Positions 28,486-39,119 are shown, counted from the first letter of the stretch. The stretch: DNA of 64,000 nucleotides from an uncultured Nitrospiraceae bacterium (GCA_963846575.1 CAWJWJ010000001.1:608001-672000); one strand, 5' to 3'. Notes: a model not told the origin generated them from the letters alone. Numbers and translations are program-made.

Positions 28486-29520
28486 ATGAAGGATCGAACC
28501 ATCTTCCTCACCATGTGCCAACACCTCGTACGGTTCATCCCTCGCGAAAGCCCATGGCCGCCGCGTTCGTGGAGGAGCGACTTTCCCGCTCTCCAGGCTC
28601 TGGGCTGCCTGTTGCTGGCGCTCTCCATCCTCCCGCTTGGTCTCGATTCTGCGCAGGCCGCAAGGCTGGAGGATCGCATCATCGCGGTGGTTAATAAAGA
28701 TCTCATCATGCTCTCGGAACTGAAACGAGACCTCCTTCCCGAGCAGGACCGCCTTCGCAAATTGTACAAGGGAGAAGAGTTGGAGCGCCGCCTCCAGACT
28801 GCGGAGGCCATGGCCGTGACGAAGATGATCGAGCGCAAACTGCAACTTCAAGCCGCGCAAAACAAAGGGCTCGAGGTATCGGATCAGGAAGTGGTCCAGG
28901 CGGTAGAGGAAATGAAGAAACAGGGAGAGCGGCTCGACAGTGGTGACCCCAATACGGCCCGGAACGTCCGGGAGCAACTGACCTTGATGCGTGTGGTCGA
29001 TCGGGAAGTCCGGGGTGTGATTATGGTGGGCGAGTCGGATATGAAACGCTACTACGAGGAGCACGAGGACCGCTTCGCCTATCCGGAGGAATATCAGTTA
29101 AGCCAGATCCTGATCAAGCCGAGCAGTCCCGAGGAAACGTCGATCGCCCGCGGTCGGGCCGAAGCCCTTGTCGCCACTCTCAAACAGGGGGATTCGTTCG
29201 AAGAGCTGGCGCTCCGGTTTTCGGACGGTCCCGGCGCATCGCGTGGCGGCCGGCTGGGATTGGTGCGACAGGGCGAACTGATTCCCGCATTGGAGCAGGC
29301 GCTGACGTCGCTGGAGGTGGGGCAGACCACGGGGATCGTCGAGACGGCGGAAGGATTACACATCGTGCGCGTTGACGATAAGAAACCCCGTCAATTTCGA
29401 CCCTTCGAACAGGTGAAGACGGAAATTCAGTCGCTGGTGTTTCAGCAGAAAACCGAGGATCAATATAAACGCTGGATGGCCGACCTGAAGGACAAGGCGT
29501 ACATCGACATTAAGTTTTGA
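28486..29520 (+). CDS. SurA-type chaperone/peptidyl-prolyl isomerase (start uncertain)
   Basis: DRIIAVVN, FEELA..FS, GG.LG, GLHIV. Confidence 0.85.
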   Translation: MKDRTIFLTMCQHLVRFIPRESPWPPRSWRSDFPALQALGCLLLALSILPLGLDSAQAARLEDRIIAVVNKDLIMLSELKRDLLPEQDRLRKLYKGEELERRLQTAEAMAVTKMIERKLQLQAAQNKGLEVSDQEVVQAVEEMKKQGERLDSGDPNTARNVREQLTLMRVVDREVRGVIMVGESDMKRYYEEHEDRFAYPEEYQLSQILIKPSSPEETSIARGRAEALVATLKQGDSFEELALRFSDGPGASRGGRLGLVRQGELIPALEQALTSLEVGQTTGIVETAEGLHIVRVDDKKPRQFRPFEQVKTEIQSLVFQQKTEDQYKRWMADLKDKAYIDIKF

Positions 29521-30112
29521 ACTGCGTACGGATCTCCCCCCACAGCGCGTCGCGTCCCTCATGCGTTTCCGCCGAATACAAAATGACCGGCACCTCGGGG
29601 CCCAATCCACAAGCCGTCCGCACGGCCGTAAGGCTGGGGGCCCGTTCGCTCTGCCGTAGCTTGTCCGCTTTGGTCAGCACGATGATGAGGCCGCACCCGA
29701 GGGATTGAACCCATCGCACCGTCAGCACGTCCTGCGGCATCCACACGCGCGCTTCAATCAACAGAATGACCGCCCCAAGCGTCTGCCGCTGCTCGAGATA
29801 CTGTTCGATCATCGGTCCCCATTGGGCTCGCACAGTCTTCGAAACTTTGGCATATCCATAACCGGGAAGGTCGACCAGCGACAGAAGGGAGAGGTTCGGA
29901 TCGGACGTCCGAACCGTGAAAAAATTCACCGCGCGCGTTTTCCCGGGGGTCTTACTGACCTTGGCCAGTTTCTTCCTATGGAGCAACGAATTGATCAGTG
30001 ATGACTTCCCGACGTTCGATCGCCCTACGAACGCAATCTCCGGCAATCGGTCGGCAGGAAATTGTTCTGGAGAGACGGAACTTTTGATAAACTCGGCGCT
30101 GAGCAATTTCAT
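29510..30112 (-). CDS. engB: ribosome biogenesis GTPase YihA/YsxC
   Basis: GRSNVGKSS, PGKT, DLPGYG, TKAD. Confidence 0.95.
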   Translation of the reverse strand: MKLLSAEFIKSSVSPEQFPADRLPEIAFVGRSNVGKSSLINSLLHRKKLAKVSKTPGKTRAVNFFTVRTSDPNLSLLSLVDLPGYGYAKVSKTVRAQWGPMIEQYLEQRQTLGAVILLIEARVWMPQDVLTVRWVQSLGCGLIIVLTKADKLRQSERAPSLTAVRTACGLGPEVPVILYSAETHEGRDALWGEIRTQFKT

Positions 30113-30212
30113 GGCGGCGAATGGCGAACCGTTCTGCGGGATGCACCTTCACCCCCGGTGAGAACAATCGAACCGGGGGGCACCTCGTGCACTCATAGAT
30201 AGAGTGTTGTGA

Positions 30213-30998
30213 ATGAGCAAGTCAACTGGCAGTCTATTTGGGCGGACTCTGTTTTGGTTGACCCTGTTGATCGGTCTCCCCGCCGCTGCGTTAGGGCTGT
30301 ACTGGTTGACGACCCTGCCGGACGTGTCCACCCTTGCCAAACGCCCCCCAACCGACACGGCACTCATGGAGGCACGACGGGCGCAAGCGAAGGAACAGGG
30401 TCGTCCGCAGCGCCAGCTCTTCATCTGGGTTCCCCTCAGCCGCATTGCACCGGCGCTTCAGCGGGCCGTCGTGGCGACTGAGGATGCGTCCTTCTTCGCC
30501 CATGAGGGCTTCGATTGGGAGGGCATCAAGGATGCGGCGCTGTACAACCTGGAGGTGGGTGAGTTCAAGCGCGGAGGGAGCACCATCACTCAGCAATTGG
30601 CAAAGAACCTGTACCTGTCTTCTGAACGCTCGCTCTTTCGGAAAGCCCGTGAGGCGCTGATCACCCGTTCCCTGGAAAATCACTTGGCCAAGGAGCGGAT
30701 TTTGGAGTTATACCTCAATGTCGCTGAGTGGGGGCACGGCGTGTTCGGGGCGGAAGCGGCGGCACGGCACCATTTCGGTAAATCGGCGAAAGAGTTGACG
30801 CTCGAAGAAGCGGCCCTGCTGGCTGCGATCCTCCCCTCTCCGCGCCGCTATGACCCCATCCGGCACACCGCCTATTTGAATCGACGGCAGCACCACATTA
30901 TCCGGCGGCTCGAACGAGGAAGCGGCCGTCGTCCGGCCCCGCTCTCCCGCACATCCAGTCCGTCCCGCAACGGAACGTCTTTCTCTCACGAAGAGTGA
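30213..30998 (+). CDS. mtgA: monofunctional peptidoglycan transglycosylase
   Basis: EDASFF.H.G.D, GGSTITQQLAKN, RK..E, ILELYLN. Confidence 0.92.
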   Translation: MSKSTGSLFGRTLFWLTLLIGLPAAALGLYWLTTLPDVSTLAKRPPTDTALMEARRAQAKEQGRPQRQLFIWVPLSRIAPALQRAVVATEDASFFAHEGFDWEGIKDAALYNLEVGEFKRGGSTITQQLAKNLYLSSERSLFRKAREALITRSLENHLAKERILELYLNVAEWGHGVFGAEAAARHHFGKSAKELTLEEAALLAAILPSPRRYDPIRHTAYLNRRQHHIIRRLERGSGRRPAPLSRTSSPSRNGTSFSHEE

Positions 30999-31042
30999 GA
31001 TCAGCTTTTGCGTGAGGCGGACGGTGATCCGTACGGCCAGGT

Positions 31043-31471
31043 CTACTCGGCATCCCCGACCGCCGTAAATGCTCGTTCTCCGAAAATCGCCGACTCGTGC
31101 AGGTAATATTTGAACTCGAGGAGATTCCCGGAAGGATCTTCAAGGAAAAACGTGAAGTGTTCAATACGCGTGTCGGCAAATCGCCGCCGCGGCTGCTGAT
31201 AGAACCGGAGCTCGTGGACCTTGGCTCGATCGGCCATGGCCTGCCATTCTTCTTTCAGGGTCAGGACCAGACCAAAATGGCGGGGATAGATACCCTTCTG
31301 CGGAACTATCGTGTCACCGGCAAGATGGGCGATCAACTGGTGTCCGGCCAATCCGAAGGTGACGGCCGTCGGCGACTCCCGCCCCAGCACGCACCCTAGG
31401 CCGTCCACATAAAAACGCTTGGCGGCTTCAAGATCATGAACGGGGAAGGCGAGATGAAATAACGCCGGCAT
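31043..31471 (-). CDS. VOC/glyoxalase family protein
   Basis: FHLAFPV, HQL.AH, PRHFG, DPSGN.LEFK. Confidence 0.9.
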   Translation of the reverse strand: MPALFHLAFPVHDLEAAKRFYVDGLGCVLGRESPTAVTFGLAGHQLIAHLAGDTIVPQKGIYPRHFGLVLTLKEEWQAMADRAKVHELRFYQQPRRRFADTRIEHFTFFLEDPSGNLLEFKYYLHESAIFGERAFTAVGDAE

Positions 31472-31509
31472 AGTGACTCCTCGGGTCACTCTATCAAGCC
31501 GCCCTGAGC

Positions 31510-32448
31510 CTATGCAAACCGGCCCTTCACGCGTGGCCGTCCGTCGCTGCCGATGAAGCCCGCCACCATATGCGGGGTGCTATGCCGGATCGCGAATCGA
31601 CCGTCCGGAGCCAATGCTAATACGCCTGCGGCCCCGCGAATACGATTCGAGACCTTTCGCAGGACGCGATTGGCGGACAGGACGGGACTGACGCCGCTCG
31701 CCAGGAGATCACTGATTTCCTTGGCCACCGCCACCCGAATAATGCTCTCACCGAGTCCTGTCATAGAGACGGCTCCGGATTCATTGTCAGCATAGACCCC
31801 GCAACCGATCAGCGGCGTATCACCGACTCGGCCCGGCAACATGACATCCACTCCACCAGTCGAAGCCCCCGCGGCCACAGTGCCTGTGAGATCCAACGCC
31901 ACCGCACCTACCGTCTCTTTTCCTAAACTTCGTGCGCGGATGCTCCCCTGTCGCAACAGAGCACGATGCAACCGGAGCGTCCGGCGAAGGTCTTCGTGAG
32001 GAGTCAACTGAAGAGATCCCGCTGTCGGCTTTCGCCTGGCACGCGCCGCCCGCTCCAGACCAAAGTATTGTGCAAAACGCGTGGCCGACCGGCCGACAAT
32101 CAACACATGTGCGGTTTTCTCCATGACGAGGCGTGCAGCGGTAATGGGATGGACGATGCCCTCAATGGACGCCACGGCCCCTGCGCGTAACCGGAGGCCT
32201 TCCATGATTGACGCATCCATGCGACGGACGCCGTCAAGTTGGTGGTTCGCACCTCGCCCCGCATTGAACAATCCCGACCCTTCCAGCACCCGAATGGCCT
32301 CCTCGACGACGCCCAGGGCCGGGGTGCCGGCCAGGAGTAATCGATGGCCCTCGGCCAGCGCAGATTCGAGGCAGGCCGCTTGCGCAGCGGTCATGGCGCG
32401 GCATCCCGCGCCACCGTGAATTAAAAGGATCGGTCGCGGTCGTTTCAA
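31510..32448 (-). CDS. iaaA: isoaspartyl peptidase/L-asparaginase (Ntn hydrolase)
   Basis: IHGGAG, FNAG.G, MDASIM, ETVGAVA, GRVGD.P.IG.G.YA, TG.GE. Confidence 0.92.
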   Translation of the reverse strand: MKRPRPILLIHGGAGCRAMTAAQAACLESALAEGHRLLLAGTPALGVVEEAIRVLEGSGLFNAGRGANHQLDGVRRMDASIMEGLRLRAGAVASIEGIVHPITAARLVMEKTAHVLIVGRSATRFAQYFGLERAARARRKPTAGSLQLTPHEDLRRTLRLHRALLRQGSIRARSLGKETVGAVALDLTGTVAAGASTGGVDVMLPGRVGDTPLIGCGVYADNESGAVSMTGLGESIIRVAVAKEISDLLASGVSPVLSANRVLRKVSNRIRGAAGVLALAPDGRFAIRHSTPHMVAGFIGSDGRPRVKGRFA

Positions 32449-33011
32449 TTGAGCAAAAGATCTTTAATGGGTCGGTAGGCGGGATCTTGCATGCGGTCCA
32501 GGTCGGACCGGACGAATCCGAGTCCGGTCACACAGAGCTCAAAGTTTTCCGACAATTTCCGGAACAGCGGAGAATCCTGTTCAGGGTCGTAGTCGCCATA
32601 TTCGGCCACCAATCCGTATGAGCGCTTCCCCGTCTTCATGTAGTCCACCAGAAAGTCCTGGTGGTAAATCAGACCCGCCGTCTTGAGGCGGCGAAGATAC
32701 TCCGGGAACAATCCGGTCATGAAGAGCGTGAAATCACCGATGTGGCGATGGACTTCGCGCTCCCGGTCAAATGATTGGGCTTCCAGGAGCACTTCGGATT
32801 CGAATAACATCTCGACCACTGAATCGAGGGCACGGCCTTGTTTGTTCTGAATTTTATAGAGCTGGTCGGTGTGGGCGAATTCGACGAGGAGGTTGGAAAC
32901 GTATTCGGTGACGTTGAGATCCGGCCACCCGAGGTGTTCGGTAAAACTCTTTTCTGTCAATGCGCCAAAAAGTTGGCGGAGTGGATGGCTACGAGAAACG
33001 GGACTTCCCAT
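32445..33011 (-). CDS. conserved hypothetical protein
   Basis: RBS GGGAGG. HRHIGDFTLF.TG.FPE motif. Stop overlaps the iaaA start. Confidence 0.8.
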   Translation of the reverse strand: MGSPVSRSHPLRQLFGALTEKSFTEHLGWPDLNVTEYVSNLLVEFAHTDQLYKIQNKQGRALDSVVEMLFESEVLLEAQSFDREREVHRHIGDFTLFMTGLFPEYLRRLKTAGLIYHQDFLVDYMKTGKRSYGLVAEYGDYDPEQDSPLFRKLSENFELCVTGLGFVRSDLDRMQDPAYRPIKDLLLN

Positions 33012-33108
33012 CTCGACCTCCCGGGCAATCCGTGCCCCTTGAAAATAGTATAACAGACCATTGATGTCTCGATCGCCACTACTCCCTTATCATTATCGGC
33101 GGACCGTA

Positions 33109-33579
33109 TCAAAACTTAACGTCTGGCGACTGGGATGGACGCCGGCTATCCAGCAAGAACGTGACCGGCCCGTCGTTGACCAGTTCCACCTGCATGTGCG
33201 CTCCGAACACACCCGTCTCCACGCGCAACCCCGCCGCCCGGAGGCGCTTCACAGCTTCCTCATACCATGCACGTGCTTCGTCCGCGGGAGCAGCTAGGTC
33301 AAACCCTGGCCGCCGACCTTTGGCCGTATCACCGAGAAGCGTGAACTGCGAGACCAGCAGGAGCGCCCCCTCGACTTCGCCCAGTGCACGATTCATCTTC
33401 CCCTCGTTATCTCCAAAAATGCGAAGCGTCTGGATTTTTTCGATGACGGAGAGAAGATCGCGTTCCCCGTCGCCTTTGGCCACGCCCAGGAGAACCAGAA
33501 GGCCCGTGCCGATCTGGCCCACCACCTGACCATTCACCGTTACCGTAGCACGGGTGACGCGTTGGATGACCGCCCTCAT
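33109..33579 (-). CDS. dtd: D-aminoacyl-tRNA deacylase
   Basis: [19 protein letters not shown]. Confidence 0.96.
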   Translation of the reverse strand: MRAVIQRVTRATVTVNGQVVGQIGTGLLVLLGVAKGDGERDLLSVIEKIQTLRIFGDNEGKMNRALGEVEGALLLVSQFTLLGDTAKGRRPGFDLAAPADEARAWYEEAVKRLRAAGLRVETGVFGAHMQVELVNDGPVTFLLDSRRPSQSPDVKF

Positions 33580-33617
33580 GAAATCTGATTCCTTGCTCCT
33601 TGACCGCCAGCCACTGG

Positions 33618-34128
33618 TTACTGGGCATTGCGCAATTGTGTCAGCGTTCCCTCCAGTCTGAGGAGGCGGCGTTTAACCGGCAAGCCGCAGGAAAAGCCGC
33701 CCAGCGACCCATCCTGCGCAATGATCCGATGACAAGGCACGACCACTGGCACCGGATTGGCGCCGAGCGCCATACCGACCGCCCTGGCATACTGCTTCCC
33801 TCCCACGCGGATGGCCACCCACTGATAGGATCGGACGCGGCCATAAGGAATACGGGTGATCGCTTTCCAGACCCGTCGCTGGAACGGGGTGCCTGCCGAA
33901 TAGTCCAGAGGGAGAGGAAAAATCTCGACGTGAGCCCGTAAAGTAGGCCAGGAGTTGCGTTCGAGCCTCCAACAGCAAGGCGGCGACCGTGGCATTTTCC
34001 CCAACCTGCGGTCTCTGCGAAATCATTCTTCGAGTCGTGGGCGACAGGTCGATAGAAGTGATGCCCTTTGGGGAAGCCGCAATCTCCACCCATCCATGAG
34101 GCGTCTCGAACATCGTTGTGTGCGTCAT
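33618..34128 (-). pseudogene. ogt: methylated-DNA-protein-cysteine methyltransferase split by a 1-nt frameshift (or sequencing error)
   Basis: N-half (..QLLAYFTGSRRDF) and C-half (PLDYSAGTPFQ..PCHR) lie in different frames. The junction is at the A5 run 33918-33922. Confidence 0.8.
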
Positions 34129-34129
34129 A

Positions 34130-35758
34130 TCACGCCCTTCCGGATCTCCGTGCCATCCGTCCAAATTTTCGCCGCACCATTCCCAGCACCACGTCCAGTT
34201 CCTCCGACCCTAGCGCGACATGGACCCCGAGATATCCGACGATGCTGATCCCGATCCCAACAATCAGCACCGCGGACTTCATCATCCATTCACCATCCTG
34301 CGTCCATATCGAGGCGTCCGCTACCCACAAACACAGGAGAACGACCGGCATACAGGCCGTCAGGACACGGAGCGCGGACCTCCCGATGGACCCCCACTCG
34401 ATGCGCCCCAGCCGCCGATGCAGCACTCCGATGAGAATGGTGCCATTGAGCATGGAAGACAAAGCCGTCGCCAGGGCCAACCCCGCAGCGTTCAGGAACG
34501 TCATTAACCACAGCGACAAGAGTACATTGGCCGCAACCGCGATTCCTGCCGTCACAGCCGGGGTCCTGGTGTCCTGCAAGGAATAAAACGCGGAGACCAC
34601 GATGCGCACACCGGCAAACGCCCACAATCCTACCGCATAACATAACACCGCGGTCGCCGTCGCCAGCGTATCGGCTTTCGTAAACGACCCATGCTCGAAA
34701 AAAAGATGCACGATCGGCTGCCGCAGCAGGATCAGACCCACCATTGCCGGCAAGATGATGAAGAAGATCATCCGGAGCCCGAACCCCACCGTCGTCCGCA
34801 ACTCATCGAGCGCCCCCCGGGCAGCCTGAGCGGAGAGGGTGGGCAGGATCGCCGTCGCAAGCGCCACCCCGAAAATGCCGAGCGGAAACTGGATCAATCG
34901 CATGCCGTAAAACAGGTAGGTCGGTCCTCCGGAAAAATATGAGGCGAGAATGGTGCTGACGGTAATATTGATCTGCGTGACCGACAGCCCCAGCAGCGAA
35001 GGGATCATGAGTCGGCCGATCCGCTTGACCCCCGGGTGCGCGGGATGAAACTTCAGGCCGAACAACATCCCTCGCCCTTTCAGCCCCGGGAGCTGCATCG
35101 TGAACTGTGCGGCGCCCCCCACCACGATGCCGATGGCCACGCCGATGATGGGCTCGGGCAGCATGGGTGAGAGGAGCAACGCGCAGGCGATGGTGAAGAT
35201 ATTAAAAAATACGGGCGAGAAGGCCGGTGCCGCAAAGGCGCGCAGCGAGTTCAAGATCCCCATAGCCAGAGCCGCCAGGCTAATAAACAAGAGATAGGGG
35301 AACATCACGCGGGTCAACAGCGTCGTCAGCGCCAGCTTGTCAGGATTGTCGTGAAACCCCGGCGCAAGTAACCACACGATCCCCGGCGCCGCCAGAACGC
35401 CGATCACGGTCACCGCGGTCACGATCGTAAGGAGTGTGGTGAACGTGGCACTGGCCAACTCCCACGCATCCCGTTTCGTTTTGAGCGTGTGATACTCGGT
35501 GAAGACCGGAATGAAGGCTGCGGACATCGAGCCTTCGGCAAACAGTTCCCGCAACAGGTTGGGAATGCGATACGCGACAAAAAACGCATCGGCCGCCGGA
35601 GTTGCCCCAAAGAGCCTGGCCAGCACCATGTCACGGACAAAGCCGAGAATCCGGCTGGAAAACGTGGCGACCCCGATGAGACCAGCTGCCTTGACGACGG
35701 AGTGCGTTTCGTCGGGGATCGATCGAGATGGTTCGACGGAGGCGGTGGGCTCGGACAT
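34130..35758 (-). CDS. murJ: lipid II flippase
   Basis: SRILGFVRD, PNLLR.LFAEG, RL.QFP.G. Confidence 0.95.
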   Translation of the reverse strand: MSEPTASVEPSRSIPDETHSVVKAAGLIGVATFSSRILGFVRDMVLARLFGATPAADAFFVAYRIPNLLRELFAEGSMSAAFIPVFTEYHTLKTKRDAWELASATFTTLLTIVTAVTVIGVLAAPGIVWLLAPGFHDNPDKLALTTLLTRVMFPYLLFISLAALAMGILNSLRAFAAPAFSPVFFNIFTIACALLLSPMLPEPIIGVAIGIVVGGAAQFTMQLPGLKGRGMLFGLKFHPAHPGVKRIGRLMIPSLLGLSVTQINITVSTILASYFSGGPTYLFYGMRLIQFPLGIFGVALATAILPTLSAQAARGALDELRTTVGFGLRMIFFIILPAMVGLILLRQPIVHLFFEHGSFTKADTLATATAVLCYAVGLWAFAGVRIVVSAFYSLQDTRTPAVTAGIAVAANVLLSLWLMTFLNAAGLALATALSSMLNGTILIGVLHRRLGRIEWGSIGRSALRVLTACMPVVLLCLWVADASIWTQDGEWMMKSAVLIVGIGISIVGYLGVHVALGSEELDVVLGMVRRKFGRMARRSGRA

Positions 35759-35766
35759 TATCGCCG

Positions 35767-35795
35767 ATTGTAGCGAAACCGAGCGAGGCCGTCCA
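35767..35795 (-). promoter_or_regulatory. sigma70 promoter giving a leaderless murJ mRNA
   Basis: TGGACG-17 nt-TACAAT, 8 nt before ATG 35758. Confidence 0.55.
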
Positions 35796-35816
35796 TGGTC
35801 CAGCAAGAACGAGCCA

Positions 35817-36479
35817 TCATACGTCCTGAATGACTTCGTTCGACAGTTCATTGGGGTTGTCGCCCTTCCCTGCAGGGCAGGCACGCGCAAGAATGACTCC
35901 GCTCGCTGCGATGCCAGCGCAGAGTCCACCAACAAGATCGTCGGCCTTAAGACGCTCGACCATCATTGCAACGACTTCCTGCCACTGAGCGTCCGACACC
36001 CGGCCGATCAGAGATTTGTCCGCGAGCACATACACCTGTCGTTCCAGAAGCGAGACCATGATCAACAACCCGGTTTGCCGCCTGGTTTGGCCGATGCCAT
36101 GGTGGGCAAAGGCCAGTTCAGCGCGCATGTGGACTTTCCGGCTCATTCTCCCGCGGGAAGTGAGGAACCGGATGAGAACAGGCCAGGTCCCGATCCAGGC
36201 GCCAAAGCCATATCCCAGCGTCGTCGCGGCCAGCAGCCCCAAACCATTCGCCGCATGCCATCCCCATGGAAGCCAGGCGGTTTCAGTCGTCAGTAAACCC
36301 GTTAATACCAGCAGGGCGGTGACGAGGCCGGCACGATGCTGCGCCTCACGATACAGCCCGGATTTCGCAACGACCATCGGCACAATCTCGGCGCAGGTCT
36401 GTCGCTCAGCCGCTTGCACCGCAGCTTCCACCCGCAGGCGCTCCTCCCGGGTGAGCGCCGCTCGTTTACCAATCGCCAC
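35817..36479 (-). CDS. TPM-domain membrane protein
   Basis: AE..T.AEIV, TGLLI.VS..ER, NPNELSN. GTG start with GGAGG RBS. Confidence 0.85.
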   Translation of the reverse strand: MAIGKRAALTREERLRVEAAVQAAERQTCAEIVPMVVAKSGLYREAQHRAGLVTALLVLTGLLTTETAWLPWGWHAANGLGLLAATTLGYGFGAWIGTWPVLIRFLTSRGRMSRKVHMRAELAFAHHGIGQTRRQTGLLIMVSLLERQVYVLADKSLIGRVSDAQWQEVVAMMVERLKADDLVGGLCAGIAASGVILARACPAGKGDNPNELSNEVIQDV

Positions 36480-37392
36480 TCGCGCCTCCTCCCCCGAAAT
36501 CACCACCGCCGCCCGAAAAGCTATCCGCTCCTCCGAACGACCCGCCGATCCCGCCCGATCCCCAGCCACCATGTTGCGTACTGAACCATGTCCCCTCAAG
36601 CGCGCTCCCGCCCGGCCGCCGTCCGGTTCCGGCGCCTTGCCTCAGGGCACTCAGCAGCGTGACCAAAGCCAGGCTCACACCTCCGGCAATCAACGCGGGC
36701 ACCACCCATGGTGCAGCGAGAAACGAGAGCCCCCCTCCGGCGATCGGCCCGAGCACGCGATGCAGGCGAGAGAGAAGGAGCCCGATGACCACTCCCAGAA
36801 TCACCGCGACCACGGTGTTGCTTAACGCGTCGCCCGATGAGGGGGATACAGAGGGACGCTCGGGGGCGCGATAAGTACCCTCAATGGTCTTTAGGATGGC
36901 CTGCACCCCGGCGGTGATACCTCCCGGCACATTGCCAGCCCGGAACCTCGGAACGATTTCGTTACGGATGATCTGCGCCGACCGCGCATCTGTCAGGACA
37001 CCCTCAAGCCCATATCCGACTTCAATGCGTATTTTTCGATCCTTGATCGCGACCAGAAGCAACGCTCCGTTGTCGGTTCCCTTGCGGCCCAAATGCCAGG
37101 TGGTCGCCACTTGATGCGACACGTCAAACAGCGGTTCTCCTTCCAGCGAGGGCAAAATGAGAACCGCCACCTGATTGGTGGTCTTCGCCTCATGCTCCTG
37201 GAGAATGGTCGACAACTCTTCGCGTACGGAAGCAGGAAGGACCTGCGCCGCATCAACGATGCGGCCAGTCAGCGGCGGAACGTCGAATGCCTCGGCTGGA
37301 GTGCTCAAGGCACACCCTAGCCAGATTACAGCGATGAGAAGCGCAGTCCCTGCCCGGAACATCAGCCGCATCGCCAGGTCCCTCACCCTCAT
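36466..37392 (-). CDS. TPM-domain protein (YgcG type) with Gly-rich tail
   Basis: DNGALLL, RIEVGYGLEG, GGGDFGGGGASGDW. Confidence 0.92.
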   Translation of the reverse strand: MRVRDLAMRLMFRAGTALLIAVIWLGCALSTPAEAFDVPPLTGRIVDAAQVLPASVREELSTILQEHEAKTTNQVAVLILPSLEGEPLFDVSHQVATTWHLGRKGTDNGALLLVAIKDRKIRIEVGYGLEGVLTDARSAQIIRNEIVPRFRAGNVPGGITAGVQAILKTIEGTYRAPERPSVSPSSGDALSNTVVAVILGVVIGLLLSRLHRVLGPIAGGGLSFLAAPWVVPALIAGGVSLALVTLLSALRQGAGTGRRPGGSALEGTWFSTQHGGWGSGGIGGSFGGADSFSGGGGDFGGGGASGDW

Positions 37393-37402
37393 GATATGGA
37401 CA

Positions 37403-38005
37403 TTAGAATTGTACTTCCGGCGGCTTGGCCACCGACTTCTCGTCGGCTACCGTGAAGTTGGCTTTTTCTTCCAGATGCAGCAGAAACTTGGCAGTCAGAT
37501 TGGTGGGGAAATAGCGCACCATTTTATTAAACTCTGCCACCCGGTCGATGTACCGTTTGCGTGCCACCGCGATTCGATTTTCCGTGCCTTCCAGCTGGCT
37601 TTGAAGGTCACGAAAGTTCTGGTCAGCCTTTAGATTGGGGTAATTCTCCGCGATGGCCAACAACCTGCCCAACGCGCCGGAAAGCCCCTGTTGGGCTTCC
37701 TGAAATTTCTTGAACGCGGCCTCATCTCTCAGCAATTCCGGTGTCACGTGGACACTCGTCGCCGTCGACCGCGCCTGCACGACGTTTTCCAACGTCTCCT
37801 TCTCATGGGCGGCATAGCCCTTCACCGTATTCACCAGATTCGGAATCAAATCCGACCTCCGCTGATACTGGTTGATGACCTCACTCCACGCGGCCTTCGT
37901 ATCTTCGTCCAGACCCTGCAAATCGTTGTACCCGCACCCGGAGAAGGCCAATGCTCCTGTAAAAACCAGCATCGCCCCGATCAACCGCCTAACTGAACTG
38001 ACCAT
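37403..38005 (-). CDS. lemA: LemA family protein
   Basis: QRR.DLIPNLV, E.YP.LKA, EGTENRI. Confidence 0.93.
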   Translation of the reverse strand: MVSSVRRLIGAMLVFTGALAFSGCGYNDLQGLDEDTKAAWSEVINQYQRRSDLIPNLVNTVKGYAAHEKETLENVVQARSTATSVHVTPELLRDEAAFKKFQEAQQGLSGALGRLLAIAENYPNLKADQNFRDLQSQLEGTENRIAVARKRYIDRVAEFNKMVRYFPTNLTAKFLLHLEEKANFTVADEKSVAKPPEVQF

Positions 38006-38177
38006 ACGTTCCTCCTTTACGCCACTTGTGATCGACGGCACCTGTTGAAGAGCTACGGGTGTTCATCGACCAAATCAATGCCCGTCTCCATGCGACCAGC
38101 GCGCGACGATATCGATTCGGATGCCGCCTTGGTATACTTGTGCTTCACTATCTGTTCATTCTGCAGATGGAGCACTC

Positions 38178-38483
38178 ATGGCACTCGATCGTTCCAGCGC
38201 CAACCCTGGTGGGTTTCAGGTCCGACACCGCGCCTTGGGTGTCTTCCAAGGAAGTTCGATCGGGCTAGCTTTTTGGCACCCCTCCTCCCACATGCCGGAG
38301 TATGGACTCTGCCGGTTTGCCACGGAAGCAAAGGCCCAGGACTATGTCGACTTCCTCTCTTCACCCGGCTGTCCTGAGCCGTTAGACCGCGCAGACCTGA
38401 TCGTGGAAGCGTTCGACCATCTCGAACACGAACGGCTGACGACAGAATACCCTCAAGCATCGGCCTGGGAAACACCACTGTAG
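38178..38483 (+). CDS. hypothetical protein
   Basis: GGAG RBS before ATG 38178, TATACT -10 upstream, protein-like composition. Confidence 0.6.
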   Translation: MALDRSSANPGGFQVRHRALGVFQGSSIGLAFWHPSSHMPEYGLCRFATEAKAQDYVDFLSSPGCPEPLDRADLIVEAFDHLEHERLTTEYPQASAWETPL

Positions 38484-38618
38484 CAGAATGCCCCTCATCG
38501 CTCCCACTCGCCACTGCGGGGGTTACGCTCAGTTCGCCCGGCTCGCTCTATTCCATGGTCTGTGAGGAGGCGCGTGAGATGACGAGCGCGACAAAGTGAA
38601 TGATATGTATGGGCGGAT

Positions 38619-39119
38619 TTATGGGGAAGAAGGAAGGCCGGAAGATTCGGCCTGGGCATGCACGAATGCCAAAAGGCGCTTATTTTCCTGGGCTGCCCTC
38701 AGAAATTTAAACGCAATTCCACGGGAGCTTATGGACCGGACCATTGCCGCCACTTCCAGGGGCGCCTGCTCATCTTCCAGCGCAATCTGCAGATAGAATA
38801 TGTCGTCGACATGCACCGAGGCTTGACTCGCTATGATGCACCCGCCCATCGAGATGTCCAGAACCGTTCCTTCTCCCCGCACTTTCCCCCCAGAGAAGGA
38901 TAAGAACAAGCGCACAGGGATGCGCAGATGTTCGCGACGCTCTATCACCCCCGTTGGATAGAGTTTGCCCCACCTGGAAGCTGGAAATCGAAAACTGCAG
39001 GATTGACAGTGGAAGGGCGAAATGTACGCGAGTGACCGGAGACGCTCCAGGAAGGTATGACATCGCGAACGGAGCACCTTATCCTGTCCGCATTGTGGGC
39101 AGATCATTGGCTGGGGCAT
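38619..39119 (-). CDS. PilZ-domain protein with N-terminal Zn ribbon
   Basis: CPQC..CQSC. PilZ motifs RREHLR and DISMGG. Confidence 0.85.
   Translation of the reverse strand: MPQPMICPQCGQDKVLRSRCHTFLERLRSLAYISPFHCQSCSFRFPASRWGKLYPTGVIERREHLRIPVRLFLSFSGGKVRGEGTVLDISMGGCIIASQASVHVDDIFYLQIALEDEQAPLEVAAMVRSISSRGIAFKFLRAAQENKRLLAFVHAQAESSGLPSSP

Noticed and set aside
29701..29715. tRNA T-loop-like sequence (also near 48250)
   Set aside because: These lie inside engB and leuC, and no cloverleaf can be formed.
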